Positions 49,801 to 61,800 of a stretch of 64,000 nucleotides of DNA are shown in pieces. The translations under genes were made by a program, and so were the position numbers. Numbering within the stretch: the stretch's first letter is position 1; the number at the start of each line of letters is the position of its first letter. This DNA comes from Mytilus californianus (taxonomy: Eukaryota), in NCBI RefSeq assembly GCF_021869535.1, contig NW_026262679.1, positions 121,768,001 through 121,832,000 on the forward strand. The letters are read 5' to 3'. Under the pieces are notes generated by a model, which was not told where the DNA came from, did no database searches, and saw only the letters and a list, made by a program, of their open reading frames with translations.

Positions 49801-52800
49801 ACACAAACTGAGGTGCTCCGGGGAGCAGATACTGCATTTTATGAGTGTTCGTATGTAAACTGCCCAGTATAGGACAGGATACTCTCGGGTGGCTTACAGT
49901 ATGTTATGAATTTTTTCACAATTTTTTATCTGATTTTTGTTTTTATGAGTTTACCGAAGTGAAACCAAACATCTTAGGTGCGTGGATACACTGGATTGCA
50001 CCGTACTAACCCTTAAAGAATTCGCAGTTTCAGAATCTAATGAATTTTGGGTAATATTTTCAAAAGCGTACACAGAAACTTTGTGATTGGCTTAAAGCGT
50101 CCTCAACAATTGATATTTCATGATGTCATTATCATTTTGGGGTAATAAAATTACCCCAATCCTTTAGATGCTGACACTGTGAATTGTAGTCCTAATAAGT
50201 ATGACAATATACAACATTTTTGTACAAAGCACCAAGCAATTTTTATACGTGGACACAAAACAAATTTTGCTCTCAACTTTGAGATTCAAATATTTTTACC
50301 ATGAAGTTTTTTCTGATAGCTAGAAATGTTTACACATATACAAACTGCTTTCTCTTTGCCTAATGGGGCAAAATATTTCTCAAAATATCCAAAATTTATG
50401 ATTAATTTAGTTAAAATTCCAGCCGAGATGAAGATGACCCATTTAAAAAAAAAAACTATTTCCCAAAATCCTCACTTCCTAGAGTATAAAATAAATCTTT
50501 AAACCAATATCCGTAAAATTTGACTCACCTGAATACCAGGATAACATAAATTAAATGTTAGGAAATCTGATCAGGTCCATCAAATTTTATGGAGTTTGGT
50601 TTGTAAAGAAATAAAATAGCCTTACTAGAAGTCATAATTGTTTATCCTGTTTTGGACCTTTTGATTCTGAAATAATGATTTTCTTATCTTACAGGTTCAT
50701 TATAACCATGTTACAGGGAAAGTTAAAAATCAGAAAAGCACAAACAAACAAATAAGGAAAGTTAATAATCAGTAAAGCAAACATCCTTAAAAGATCCCGG
50801 ATACACATACTTTATGAAATTTCTCATTATCTGTTTGTTTGATTTTACAGAATTAATTTACTGTGGTAAAAAATTACAAGACAATCAACCATTAGAGGGT
50901 GCTGGTTTAAAAGCTGGTGCTACAGTTTTTGCATTAAAGAAATTTGTTGCAGAGAAAGATGACTCACAGGGTAAATTTTTGTTATAACATTACTTAAAAT
51001 GCATAGATTATATCATTTCATGCAAAGTGTAGAATATATCATTACATAACATGTGTAGAATATATCATTACATAACATGTGTAGAATATATCATTATATA
51101 ACATGTGTAGAATATATCATTACATAACATGTGTAGAATATATCATTATATAACATGTGTAGAATATATCATTACATAACAAGTGTAGAATATATCATTA
51201 TATAACATGTGTAGAATATATCATTACATAACGTGTGTAGAATATATCATGACATAACATTTGTAGAATATATCATTACATAACATGTGTAGATTATATC
51301 ATTATATACAAAGGGTAGAAGATATTTAATGTTGATAAGAATTGCATACTAGTAGAAGTGTAAAAAAGTAAATTGAATTATTGTCAAATGTTCAATGCTT
51401 CAAAATTTTGTAGATTTACTTCACAGCATATTTAAATCTATTAAAGCAGTAGAATAATCTTATAACATGTGTTTTAAGCTCACCTTTCTTTAGCCATCAC
51501 TTGGCGTCCGTCGGCGTCGTCCGTCTGGTGTAAACTATTTCAAGCATCTTCTCCTCTGAAACTACTGAACCAATTCCAACCAAACTTAAGCTAAATGATC
51601 TTTAGGGTATCTAGAATAAAGTTTGTGTTTTATTTTTTGTTTCATCAAAAAACATGTACGCCATGGCTAAAAATAGAACATAGGGGTAAAATGCAGTTTT
51701 TGGCTTATATCTCAAAAACCAAAGTAGTTAGAGCAAATCTGACAAGGAATAAAAGTGTTCATAAGGTAAAGTTCTATCAGCCCTGAAATTTTCAGATGAA
51801 TCTAACAACCCATTGTTGGGTTGCTGCCACTAAATTGGTAATTTTAAGGAAATTTTGCAGTTTTTATACGACCGCAAAAATTAAAAATTTTTTGGTCGTA
51901 TATTGGTATGACGTTGGCGTCGTCCGAAGACACATTGGTTTTCGCACTCTAACTTTAGTTTAAGTGAATGGATCTCCATGAAATTTTACCATAAGGTTCT
52001 ATACCACGAAAGGAAGGTTGGGATTGATTTTGGGGGTTATGGTACCAACAGTTAAGGAAAAAGGGGCCAAAAATAAGCATTTTTGTAACTTCCAGACAAT
52101 AACTTCTGTGTAAGTGTATGGATCTCTCTGACATTGTACCACAAGGTTCCATATCACAAAGGGAAGGCTGTTATTGATTTTGGGGGTAATTGCCTCAACA
52201 TTTTAGGAATTAGGGGCCACAAAAGGGGCAAAAAACAAGCATTTTTCTAGTTTCATGACAATAACTTGTGTGTAAGTGTTTGGATATTTCTGAAATTGTA
52301 CTACAAGGTTCCATATCACAAAGGGAAAGCTGGAATTGAGTTTGGGGGTAATTGCCCGAAACGTTTAGGAATTGGGGGCCAAAAAGGGGCCAAAAATAAG
52401 CATTTTTCTAGTTTCCAGACAATAACTTGTGTTCAAGTGTATGGATCTCTCTGAAATTGTACTGCAAGGTACCATACCACAAAGGGAAGGCTGGGATTGA
52501 GTTTGGGGGTGATGAATCATAAGGGGGTTCAAAAAATTTTTTGGGGGGGGCAGGGATTTTTTTTTTTTTTCTTTTTTTTTCTTTTTTTCCTTTTTTTTTC
52601 TTTTAAAATTTTCCATTTTAAGTTGGTTATTTCTGATTTATATTTAAAAGCAAATAATAATGATATGGTAGGAGATACACACCAAACAGAATGTGTAAAT
52701 TATTATATAATAAGTATTGTGCAATAGCAAGAAATTTTCAATTGCACAGTATTGCACATTAGCAAGAAATGTTCAATTGCACAGTATTGCACAATAGCAA

Positions 52801-55800
52801 GAAATCTCCAATTGCACAGTATTGCGCAATAGCAAGAAATATCCAATAGCACAATATTGCGCAATAGCAAGAAATTGTCAATTGTACAGTATTGCGCAAT
52901 AGCAAGAAATATTCAATTGCACAGTATTGTGCAAAAGAAGATACTTCGTATAAATTGCTTATTTCTTGATCAATTTCAATAGGGTTTTATTCTTGAATTC
53001 TTGGGGTTCTTTAATATGCTGAATCTAACCGTGTATTAAGTTTTTGGATTTTGGGCCCCGTTTTTAAATTGGTCCACATTGAGGTCCAAAGGGTCCAAAA
53101 TTTAACTTTGTTTGATTTCATCAGAAATTGAATTATTGGGGTTCTTTGATATGCCGAATCTAACCGTGTATTTAGATTCTTAATTTTTGGTTCCGTTTTC
53201 AAATTGGTCTACATTAAGGTCCAAAGGGTCCAAAATTAAACTTTGTTTGATTTTAACAAAAATTGAATTCTTAGGGTTCTCTGATATGCTGAATCTAAAC
53301 ATGTATTTAGATTTTTGATTATGGGCCCAGTTTTCAAGTTGGTCCAAATCGGGGTCCAAAATTAAACTTTGTTTGATTTCAACAAAAATTGAATATATGG
53401 GGTTCTTTGATATGCTGAATCTAACCATGTATTTAGATTTTTGATTATGGGCCCAGTTTTCAAGTTGGTCCAAATCGGGGTCCAAAATTAAACTTTGTTT
53501 GATTTCAACAAAAATTGAATATATGGGGTTCTTTGATATGCTGAATCTAACCATGTATTTAGATTTTTGATTTTTGGGCCCCGTTATCAACTTTGTCCAC
53601 ATTGAGGTCAAAAGGGTCCAAAATTAAACTTTGTTTGATTTCAACAAAAATTGAATGTATGGGGTTCTTTGATATGCTGAATCTAACCATGTATTTAGAT
53701 TTTTGATTATGAGCCCAGTTTTCAAGTTGGTCCAAATCGGGGTCCAAAATTAAACTTTGTTTGATTTCAACAAAAATTGAATATATGGGGTTCTTTGATA
53801 TGCTGAATCTAACCATGTATTTAGATTTTTGATTATGGGCCCAGTTTTCAAGTTGGTCCAAATCGGGGTCCAAAATTAAACTTTGTTTGATTTCAACAAA
53901 AATTGAATATATGGGGTTCTTTGATATGCTGAATCTAACCATGTATTTAGATTTTTGATTATGGGCCCAGTTTTCAAGTTGGTCCAAATCGGGGTCCAAA
54001 ATTAAACTTTGTTTGATTTCAACAAAAATTGAATATATGGGGTTCTTTGATATGCTGAATCTAACCATGTATTTAGATTTTTGATTTTTGGGCCCCGTTA
54101 TCAACTTTGTCCACATTGAGGTCAAAAGGGTCCAAAATTAAACTTTGTTTGATTTCAACAAAAATTGAATGTATGGGGTTCTTTGATATGCTGAATCTAA
54201 CCATGTATTTAAATTTTTGATTATGAGCCCAGTTTTCAAGTTGGTCCAAATCGGGGTCCAAAATTAAACTTTGTTTGATTTCAACAAAAATTGAATATAT
54301 GGGGTTCTTTGATATGCTGAATCTAACCATGTATTTAGATTTTTGATTATGGGCCCAGTTTTCAAGTTGGTCCAAATCGGGGTCCAAAATTAAACTTTGT
54401 TTGATTTCAACAGAAATTGAATTATTGGGGTTCTTTGATATGCTGAATCTAACCGTGTATTTAGATTCTTAATTTTTGGTTCCGTTTTCAGATTGGTCTA
54501 CATTAAGGTCCAAAGGGTCCAAAATTAAACTTTGTTTGATTTTAACAAAAATTGAATTCTTAGGGTTCTTTGAATGCTGAATCTAAACATGTATTTAGAT
54601 TTTTGATTATGGGCCCAGTTTTCAAGTTGGTCCAAATCGGGGTCCAAAATTAAACTTTGTTTGATTTCAACAAAAATTGAATATATGGGGTTCTTTGATA
54701 TGCTGAATCTAACCATGTATTTAGATTTTTGATTTTTGGGCCCTGTTATCAACTTTGTCCACATTGAGGTCAAAAGGGTCCAAAATTAAACTTTGTTTGA
54801 TTTCATCAAAAATTGAATTCTTGGGGGTTCATTAATATGCTGAATCTAACCATGTATTTAGATTTTGGATATTGGACCATAATAGGTGAATGTCCAATTT
54901 AAAATTTTTAAGTTCTTAGACCACATTCATTCTGTGTCAGAAACCTATGCTGTGTCAAATATTTAATCACAATCCAAATTCAGAGCTGTATCAAGCTTGA
55001 ATGTTGTGTCCATACTTGCCCCAACTGTTCAGGGTTCAACCTCTGTGGTCGTATCAAGCTGCGCCCTGCGGAGCATTTTGTTGGTTATTATCTTGAATAG
55101 TATTAATGTTAAAGATAAACTGTTAACAGCAAATATGTTCAGCAAAGTAAGATCTACAAATAAGCTTATATGACCAAAATTGTCAATTGACCCCTTAAAG
55201 AGCTAATGCCCTAAAGGACAATTTTACACAATTAGTTTATCATGTTTTCTAACTTTAAAAAATCTTCTCCTCTGAAACCACTGAACCAATTCCAACCAAA
55301 CTTATGCTGAATGATGCTTAGGGTATCTAGAATAAAGATTGTGTTTTATTTACTGTTTCGTCAAAAAACATAGCCGCCATGGCTAAAATTAGAACATAGG
55401 AGTAAAATGCAGTTTTTGGCTAATATATCTCAAACACTTAAGCAATTAGAGCAAATCTGATGTGAGGTTAAAATGTTCATTAGGCCAATTTCTATCAGCC
55501 ATGAAATTTTCAAACGAATCTAACAGTCCATTGTTGGGTTGCTGTCACTAAATTGGTAATTTTAAGGAATTTTGCAGTTTTTATACGACCGCAAAAAAAT
55601 TTTGTGGTCGTATATTGGTATGACGTTGGCGTCGTCGTCGTCGTCCGAAGACACATTGGTTTTCGCACTCTAACTTTAGTTTAAGTGAATGGATCTTTTT
55701 GAAATTTGACCATAAGATTAAATACCACAAAAGGAAGGTTGGGATTGATTTTGGGGGTTATGTTACCAACAGTTAAGGAATTAGGGGCCAAAAAGGGGCC

Positions 55801-58800
55801 AAAAATAAGCATTTTCTAGTTTCCAGACAATAACTGTGGAACGGTGTATGGATCTCTCTGAAATTATACTACAAGTTTCCATACCACAAAGGGATGGTTA
55901 GGATTTGCTTTGGGGGGTTATGGCTCAAACCGTTTAGGAATTAGGGGCAAAAAAGGGGGAAAAACAAGGTTGTCCTGGTTAATGGACAAATACTTTAGTA
56001 CAAAACATAATTTAAAGCAGTGTAAGGGAGATAAATCAAATACATCATTGAAATTATCTCCCTTACACTGCTTTTAAATTATGTATAAAGTAATGGTTAA
56101 TGAACAATAAAGATAATTTAAAACAGTGTAAGGGAGGTAATCCAAATACAACGTTTTGGTTACTTCCCTTACACTGCTTTTAAATTATGTTTAAAGAAAT
56201 GCATATTTATAAAGGAAGACCAGTAAAAATATCTGCAAATGTTGCATCTTTTTTTTTTACAAAAAAATCCATATGAAAGATTTGACACTATATTTTTAAT
56301 TCTATTATAAAATAGATTAAGTTAGCACTATGGTAAATTTAAATGGGTAATTATGGTTGCCAACTCCATTGGAAATTTGAATTGAGATTATGACCATATC
56401 TTGAGGGAAAGAATTTTTTGGGGGGAAAAGGGGGGGGGGGGATAAAAAGAAATTGTGGGGGGTCAATTTTTTCTCATTTCAGATTTCAGAAATTAAAAAG
56501 AATTATTCTTCAAATATTATTTTTTTTTCAAATTTCAAATATTGAATCATTTCAAGAAGTAATCTTTAATTGCACAGTATGGCGCATTAGATTTGTAAAA
56601 TCTTTGATCACATTTATTTATTTGTTATGCCGAATCTAACAGTGTATTTAGATTTTTAATTTTGTGTCCAGTTTTCAAATTGGTCTACATTAAGGTCCAA
56701 AGGGTCCAAAATTAAACTTTGTTTGTTTGATTTTAGCAAAAATTGAATATACATGTATGAGGTTCTTTGATATGCTGAATCTAAACATGTATTTAGATTT
56801 TTGATTTTTGGCCCAGATTTCAAGTTGGTCCAAATTGGGGTCCAAAATTAAACTTTGTTTGATTTCAACAAAAATTGAATAAATGGGGTTCTTTGATATG
56901 CTGATCCTAACCATGTATTTAGATTTTTTATTTGTGGACCCCGTTATCAAATTGGTTCATATTGAGGTCAAAAGGGTCCAAAATTAAACTTTGTTTGATT
57001 TCATCAAAAATTGAATTATTGGGGTTCTTTGATATGCCAAATCTAACCGTGTATTTAGATTTTTAATTTTGGGTCCTGTTTTTTAAATTGGTCTTCATTG
57101 AGGTCCAAAGGGTCCAAAATTAAACTTAGTTTGATTTTAACAAAAATTGAATTCTTGGGGTTCTTTGATATGCTGAATCTAAACATGTGTTTAGATTTTT
57201 GATTATGGGCCTAGTTTTCAAGTTGGTCCAAATTGTGGTCCAAAATTAAAATTGATTGATTTCAACAAAAATTGAATATATGGGGTTCTTTGATATGCTG
57301 AATCTAACCATGAATTTAGATTTTTTATTTGTGGGCCCCGCTATCAAATTGGTTCATATTGAGGTCAAAAGGGTCCAAAATTAAACTTTGTTTGATTTCA
57401 TCAAAAATTGAATTATTTGGGTTCTTTGATATTCCAAATTTAACTGTGTATTTAGATTTTTAATTTTAAGTCCTGTTTTTAAATTGGTCTACATTAAGGT
57501 CCAAAGGGTCCAAAATTAATCTTAGTTTGATTTTAGCAAAAATTGAATTCTTGGGGTTCTTTGATATGCTGAATCTAAACATGTGTTTAAATTTTTGATT
57601 ATGGGCCCAGTTTTCAAGTTTGTCCAAGTTGGGGTCCAAAATTAAACTTTGTTTGATTTTAACAAAAATTGAATATATGGGGTTCTTTGATATGCTGAAT
57701 CTAACCATGTATTTTGATTTTGGACATTGGACCATAATAGGTAAATTAAAAAAAATTCAAGTTCTTAGACCACATTCTTTCTGTGTCAGAAACCTATGCT
57801 GTGTCAAATATTTAATAACAATCCAAATTCAGAGCTGTATCAAGCTTGAATGTTGTGTCCATACTTGCCCCAACTGTTCAGGGTTCGACCTCTGCGGTCG
57901 TATCAAGCTGCGCCCCAGCTAAGCATTTTATTGGTCATTATCTTGAATATTATTAATGATAAATATAAACTGTGAACAGCAAAAATGTTCAGCAAAGTAA
58001 GATCTACAAATAAGTTAAAACTGACCAAAATTGTCAAATGTGTCCTTAAGGAGTTATTGGCCTTTTAAGACAATTTTTCACAATTTGTTCGTCTAGTTTG
58101 CTTACTTTAAAAAATCTTCTCCTTTGAAACTGCTGAATCAATTTCAGCCAAACTTGGACTGAATGAGTTTCAGAGTATCTAGTATAAATTTTGTATTTTA
58201 TTTTCTTGTACGTCAAGAAACAGCCACTATGGCTAAAATGGAACATAGGGGTAAAATGTATTTCTTTGCTTTTGAAAAAAATATGACAGATAAAAAGAAC
58301 ATCTCAATGGAATTTTTAAGCCACTCATTAATATATATTAAAAAGCAAAAAAATCATTGATGAAAGATTTAAGCAAAAAATTACAGATGAGCGATTCAGG
58401 CTCTTGAGAGCCTCTTGTTTACATCTATATTTTCTTTTTTTTGTTTTATTGGAAAATGGAAGGAGGTGTAATATCTATCATACTCGCGTAGTTAAAGCCA
58501 GAATTTATACTATTATAATATCATAGAAAAATATAGAAACATATAATTATATTTGCAATTAAAAACAATTTTCTAACATGAATAAAGTAAGTAAACATAA
58601 CTTATTTTCATAGATATGATGGCAGATGTAGATGTTAGACAGCTAACACAAACAGTTAGAGCAGCATTGGTGACACAAGATTATTCGGCTATAGTAAGTT
58701 TATTATGTAATCATTGTATTTGTCCAGGATCATAAAAAACATCCTTTCTTTTAACACCAAAATACTGGTCAAGATAAATTTTTAGCAGTACAGCTTTCTG

Positions 58801-61800
58801 CTTGTTTAGGAGTTTTGCCTTAATTGCAAAATTTACAGTTAACTGGTGATAAGTTTTGCTTACCTTCAAAACAAAAGTCAGAATATTTTGGAGAAAAAAG
58901 TATCAAGCACTGGTATCATTTGAAATTCAGTAATGAAGAAGTTGAAACATTTTTTGCTTCATGTAGGATTTATGTGCTTCAAAACAAGGAGAATTGGTTG
59001 ATTCTGTGAGATAGCTCGAGTTTACTTTAATCAAAAGCCTGAAAGAATCATATTGAATCCAATTTACAGTAAAACAGCCATTATCATTTGTTGAGTATGC
59101 TAAAAAATCCATAATATTTAAATTTTCTGCATAATGATTCAAGTTTTCATATTTGGAATATGATTTCTGATAGTTAGAAATGGATTTTAAAGGTAGCAGA
59201 TTTTTTGTTACAGATTAAAAGCTGGTGACAAGTTTAAATTTCCAAATTTGTTGTCTCTGTTTAATAGGAATGAAAGGAAATTTAAGATATACATCAATTA
59301 CAAAGCAACTTAATAACACATCAGAGTAAAATGTGTCTATATACCTTGTTTCCTTTGATCTGTTCTATTTGATATATATTTTGTAGGTAGAAAGAATGGT
59401 GAACAATCCAGAGACACTAGAAAATGTTATTGCAGCTTCTCCAGGCTTAGAGAAGGACCCAGTGGCTATTGGTAGATCTATTTTAAGTTAACCTCTGTCA
59501 ATATACCTTATAACACTATACATAAAAGAATTATACTAAAATATGCTCAAATCATTTAAAGAAATTCTGACTTGAAAATGACATATAGTCCGTTTGACTT
59601 CTTTAAATCTTCAGAAAATAATTCTTTAAAACTTCATTTCTGCAAATAAACATTTTTTTTCTTGATGTATGTTAATGTATGATATATAAGTATATATGAA
59701 TGGAAGGCTGTTACACTATTCATACTTACTCCATCAAGTATTTTATATAAAAAAAAAGGAGTAACATAGAGACCTAATGGGTAACTTTTTTGATTATTAG
59801 CCTAAAATTATGATATTCATAGTCAGAGTTCGTATATATCATACATTAACATACATCAAGAAAAAAAATAAATTTTTAAGAATTATTTTCTGAAGATTTA
59901 TAGAAGTCAAAAGGACTATACTTAACATGTCATAAAATCAAACATTATAATTTCATGAAATATATTCTAATATCTGCTCAAAGTTAAAAAGCAACAATTA
60001 TTAAAAAAAAATCATATTTTTTTTGTTACAGCTATGCTTCAAGACAGGGCTTTGTTAGCTATTCTAGCACATCCAGGAAATATCAGACAGTGAGTTCTGT
60101 AAATTGAAATCAGTTATTTATGTTTAAGGTAGAATAGGAGTATGAACAAAAAAATGACACTTAAAAGATATGTCAAAATTTAGATCATTTCTGATTATTT
60201 TCGTAGATATACATAATAAAAAGATATACATAACGAAAAGGTCACCATGCTTTTTTTCAAGCTAGGTAGAGGTTGTGCACAACTTTCATATTTTGTATGA
60301 ATTGTATATGAAATAAGCACTGTTATATGACTTGATAGATAATTAATAGAAAGAATTTCAAAAGAAATTATGAGCAACTAGATCTTACAAAATTCCATCA
60401 GAAAAGAAAAAAAATTAAATCACCTCAGTCATTTTCTTGTTGCATAACAACATAGATAATTTATTTACTGTACAATATTTTATAAAAACATATCTGAGTG
60501 ATCTCAACATAAAAACATTTAAAGAAAAAGAAAAAAAAAATCTTGAAAAAAAGCTACTAGCATAAGATAAAGTCATATGAATTTAGTCATTTAAAAAAAG
60601 ACTATTATATAAATTCCATTATTTGCCTCAACATTTCCTAATTTCAGCACCTTCACCAATTATTTATGGTTGCTTATAGTATTTTTATCTAATATTACAC
60701 TACCTTACTGCAAATTTTGGTTCATCAGGTGGATTGTTGTACTTCTTCTATTCATGTTTAATTGTGATATAAGGTCAATACAGTTCACAGAACTAAAATT
60801 TTTCATTTAAATTTGCTCTGTAAAAATATAATGTCTGTAAAAGCAAACAAAAAATCCCTAGAATGAACTGGCCTAAATATTGGAAGGTAGAAAACAAAAA
60901 GTAAGAAAAATAATGACACAATCTTCACTTGTGCAAGAAATTGATTTTTATTATTTAATCAGATTTGAAAAAATTGTTTTAAAATATATTTCACAGAATA
61001 TTAGAGAAACATCCAGCTTTTGGACAAGCAGCAATGATGGTAGCAGCAGCAGTCTGTGAAGAAGGCTCTAAGATGGAGGCTGGTGCAGAAAGATTAGCTC
61101 CTGGTATTTGTTTTCATTTTTAGCTCACTTGGTCTGGGAACCTGCTGTCTTAGTATCTATAACATTCTCATTTTCTGAAATAGATAATAATTCAATTATC
61201 TGGATAAAAGTCCCTGTTTCTTTTCTATAGTATTAAACATACAAAGCATACCCATAAAGGTTGCCAAAAATGACTAGGTAACCTTTATCTTCTAGGAGGT
61301 GAATAGAATTTGTCGGTTTCAAAGGGTCTGTGGATTCTTAGGAAAATTCCATTCTGGAGTTAAGAGGTACCATTTGAATAATGATTCTAGTACGGTAGAT
61401 ATACTTTAATCTTGAGCAATGAATGTGTTTACTAATAATCAGATCATAATTGTGATGGTAAAACTTGTAGTGTCTATTTCTCCCTAAAACTACTACTTGA
61501 ATATAGATGTAATTGTGTAAACTCAATACATTGAGATCAAAATGCAACTTTTGATCCATGATAAAATCATTACAATAAGCTTGCCTTTTCTGTATCAGAC
61601 CTAATGTTATTTTCTAGAATTGATTGTGTAATTGATTTGTAATTTCCAAGGGCTTACTATTTTGATTATTTCCAGGTGCTTACTCATTTGAACAAATGTC
61701 AGATGATGAAGATATGGAACCACAAAATAGACCAGGAACTTCTGTAAGTGTTTTATGTGGGGAGAACCACAAAATAGACCAGGAACTTCTGTAAGTGTTT

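Larger units (their letters stand above)
38564..49898 (+). mobile_element. Full-length Ty3/Gypsy LTR retrotransposon (11,335 bp) with an extra non-env ORF, in UBL7 intron 1, sense orientation
   Basis: Two 1739-bp LTRs (TGTAAG...CTTACA); 4-bp TSD GTAT (38560-38563 and 49899-49902); PBS; PPT; gag; pol in PR-RT-RH-IN order. Confidence 0.97.
51475..58419 (+). mobile_element. Composite HINE-like nest (~6.9 kb) filling UBL7 intron 2
   Basis: Host of the same family as 22175-23505 (5' agctcacct, 3' gatgagcg plus aggctc-ttga-gagcct), carrying two nested elements at ~51866-55079 and ~55583-57930 (subTIR atacgaccgca / tg(t/c)ggtcgtat). Confidence 0.75.

Noticed and set aside
53011-57735. Repetitive minus-strand ORFs (KSKYMVRFSISKNPIYSIF...)
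   Set aside because: Products of the 126-bp (42-codon) satellite monomer; frames break at each 136-bp variant.
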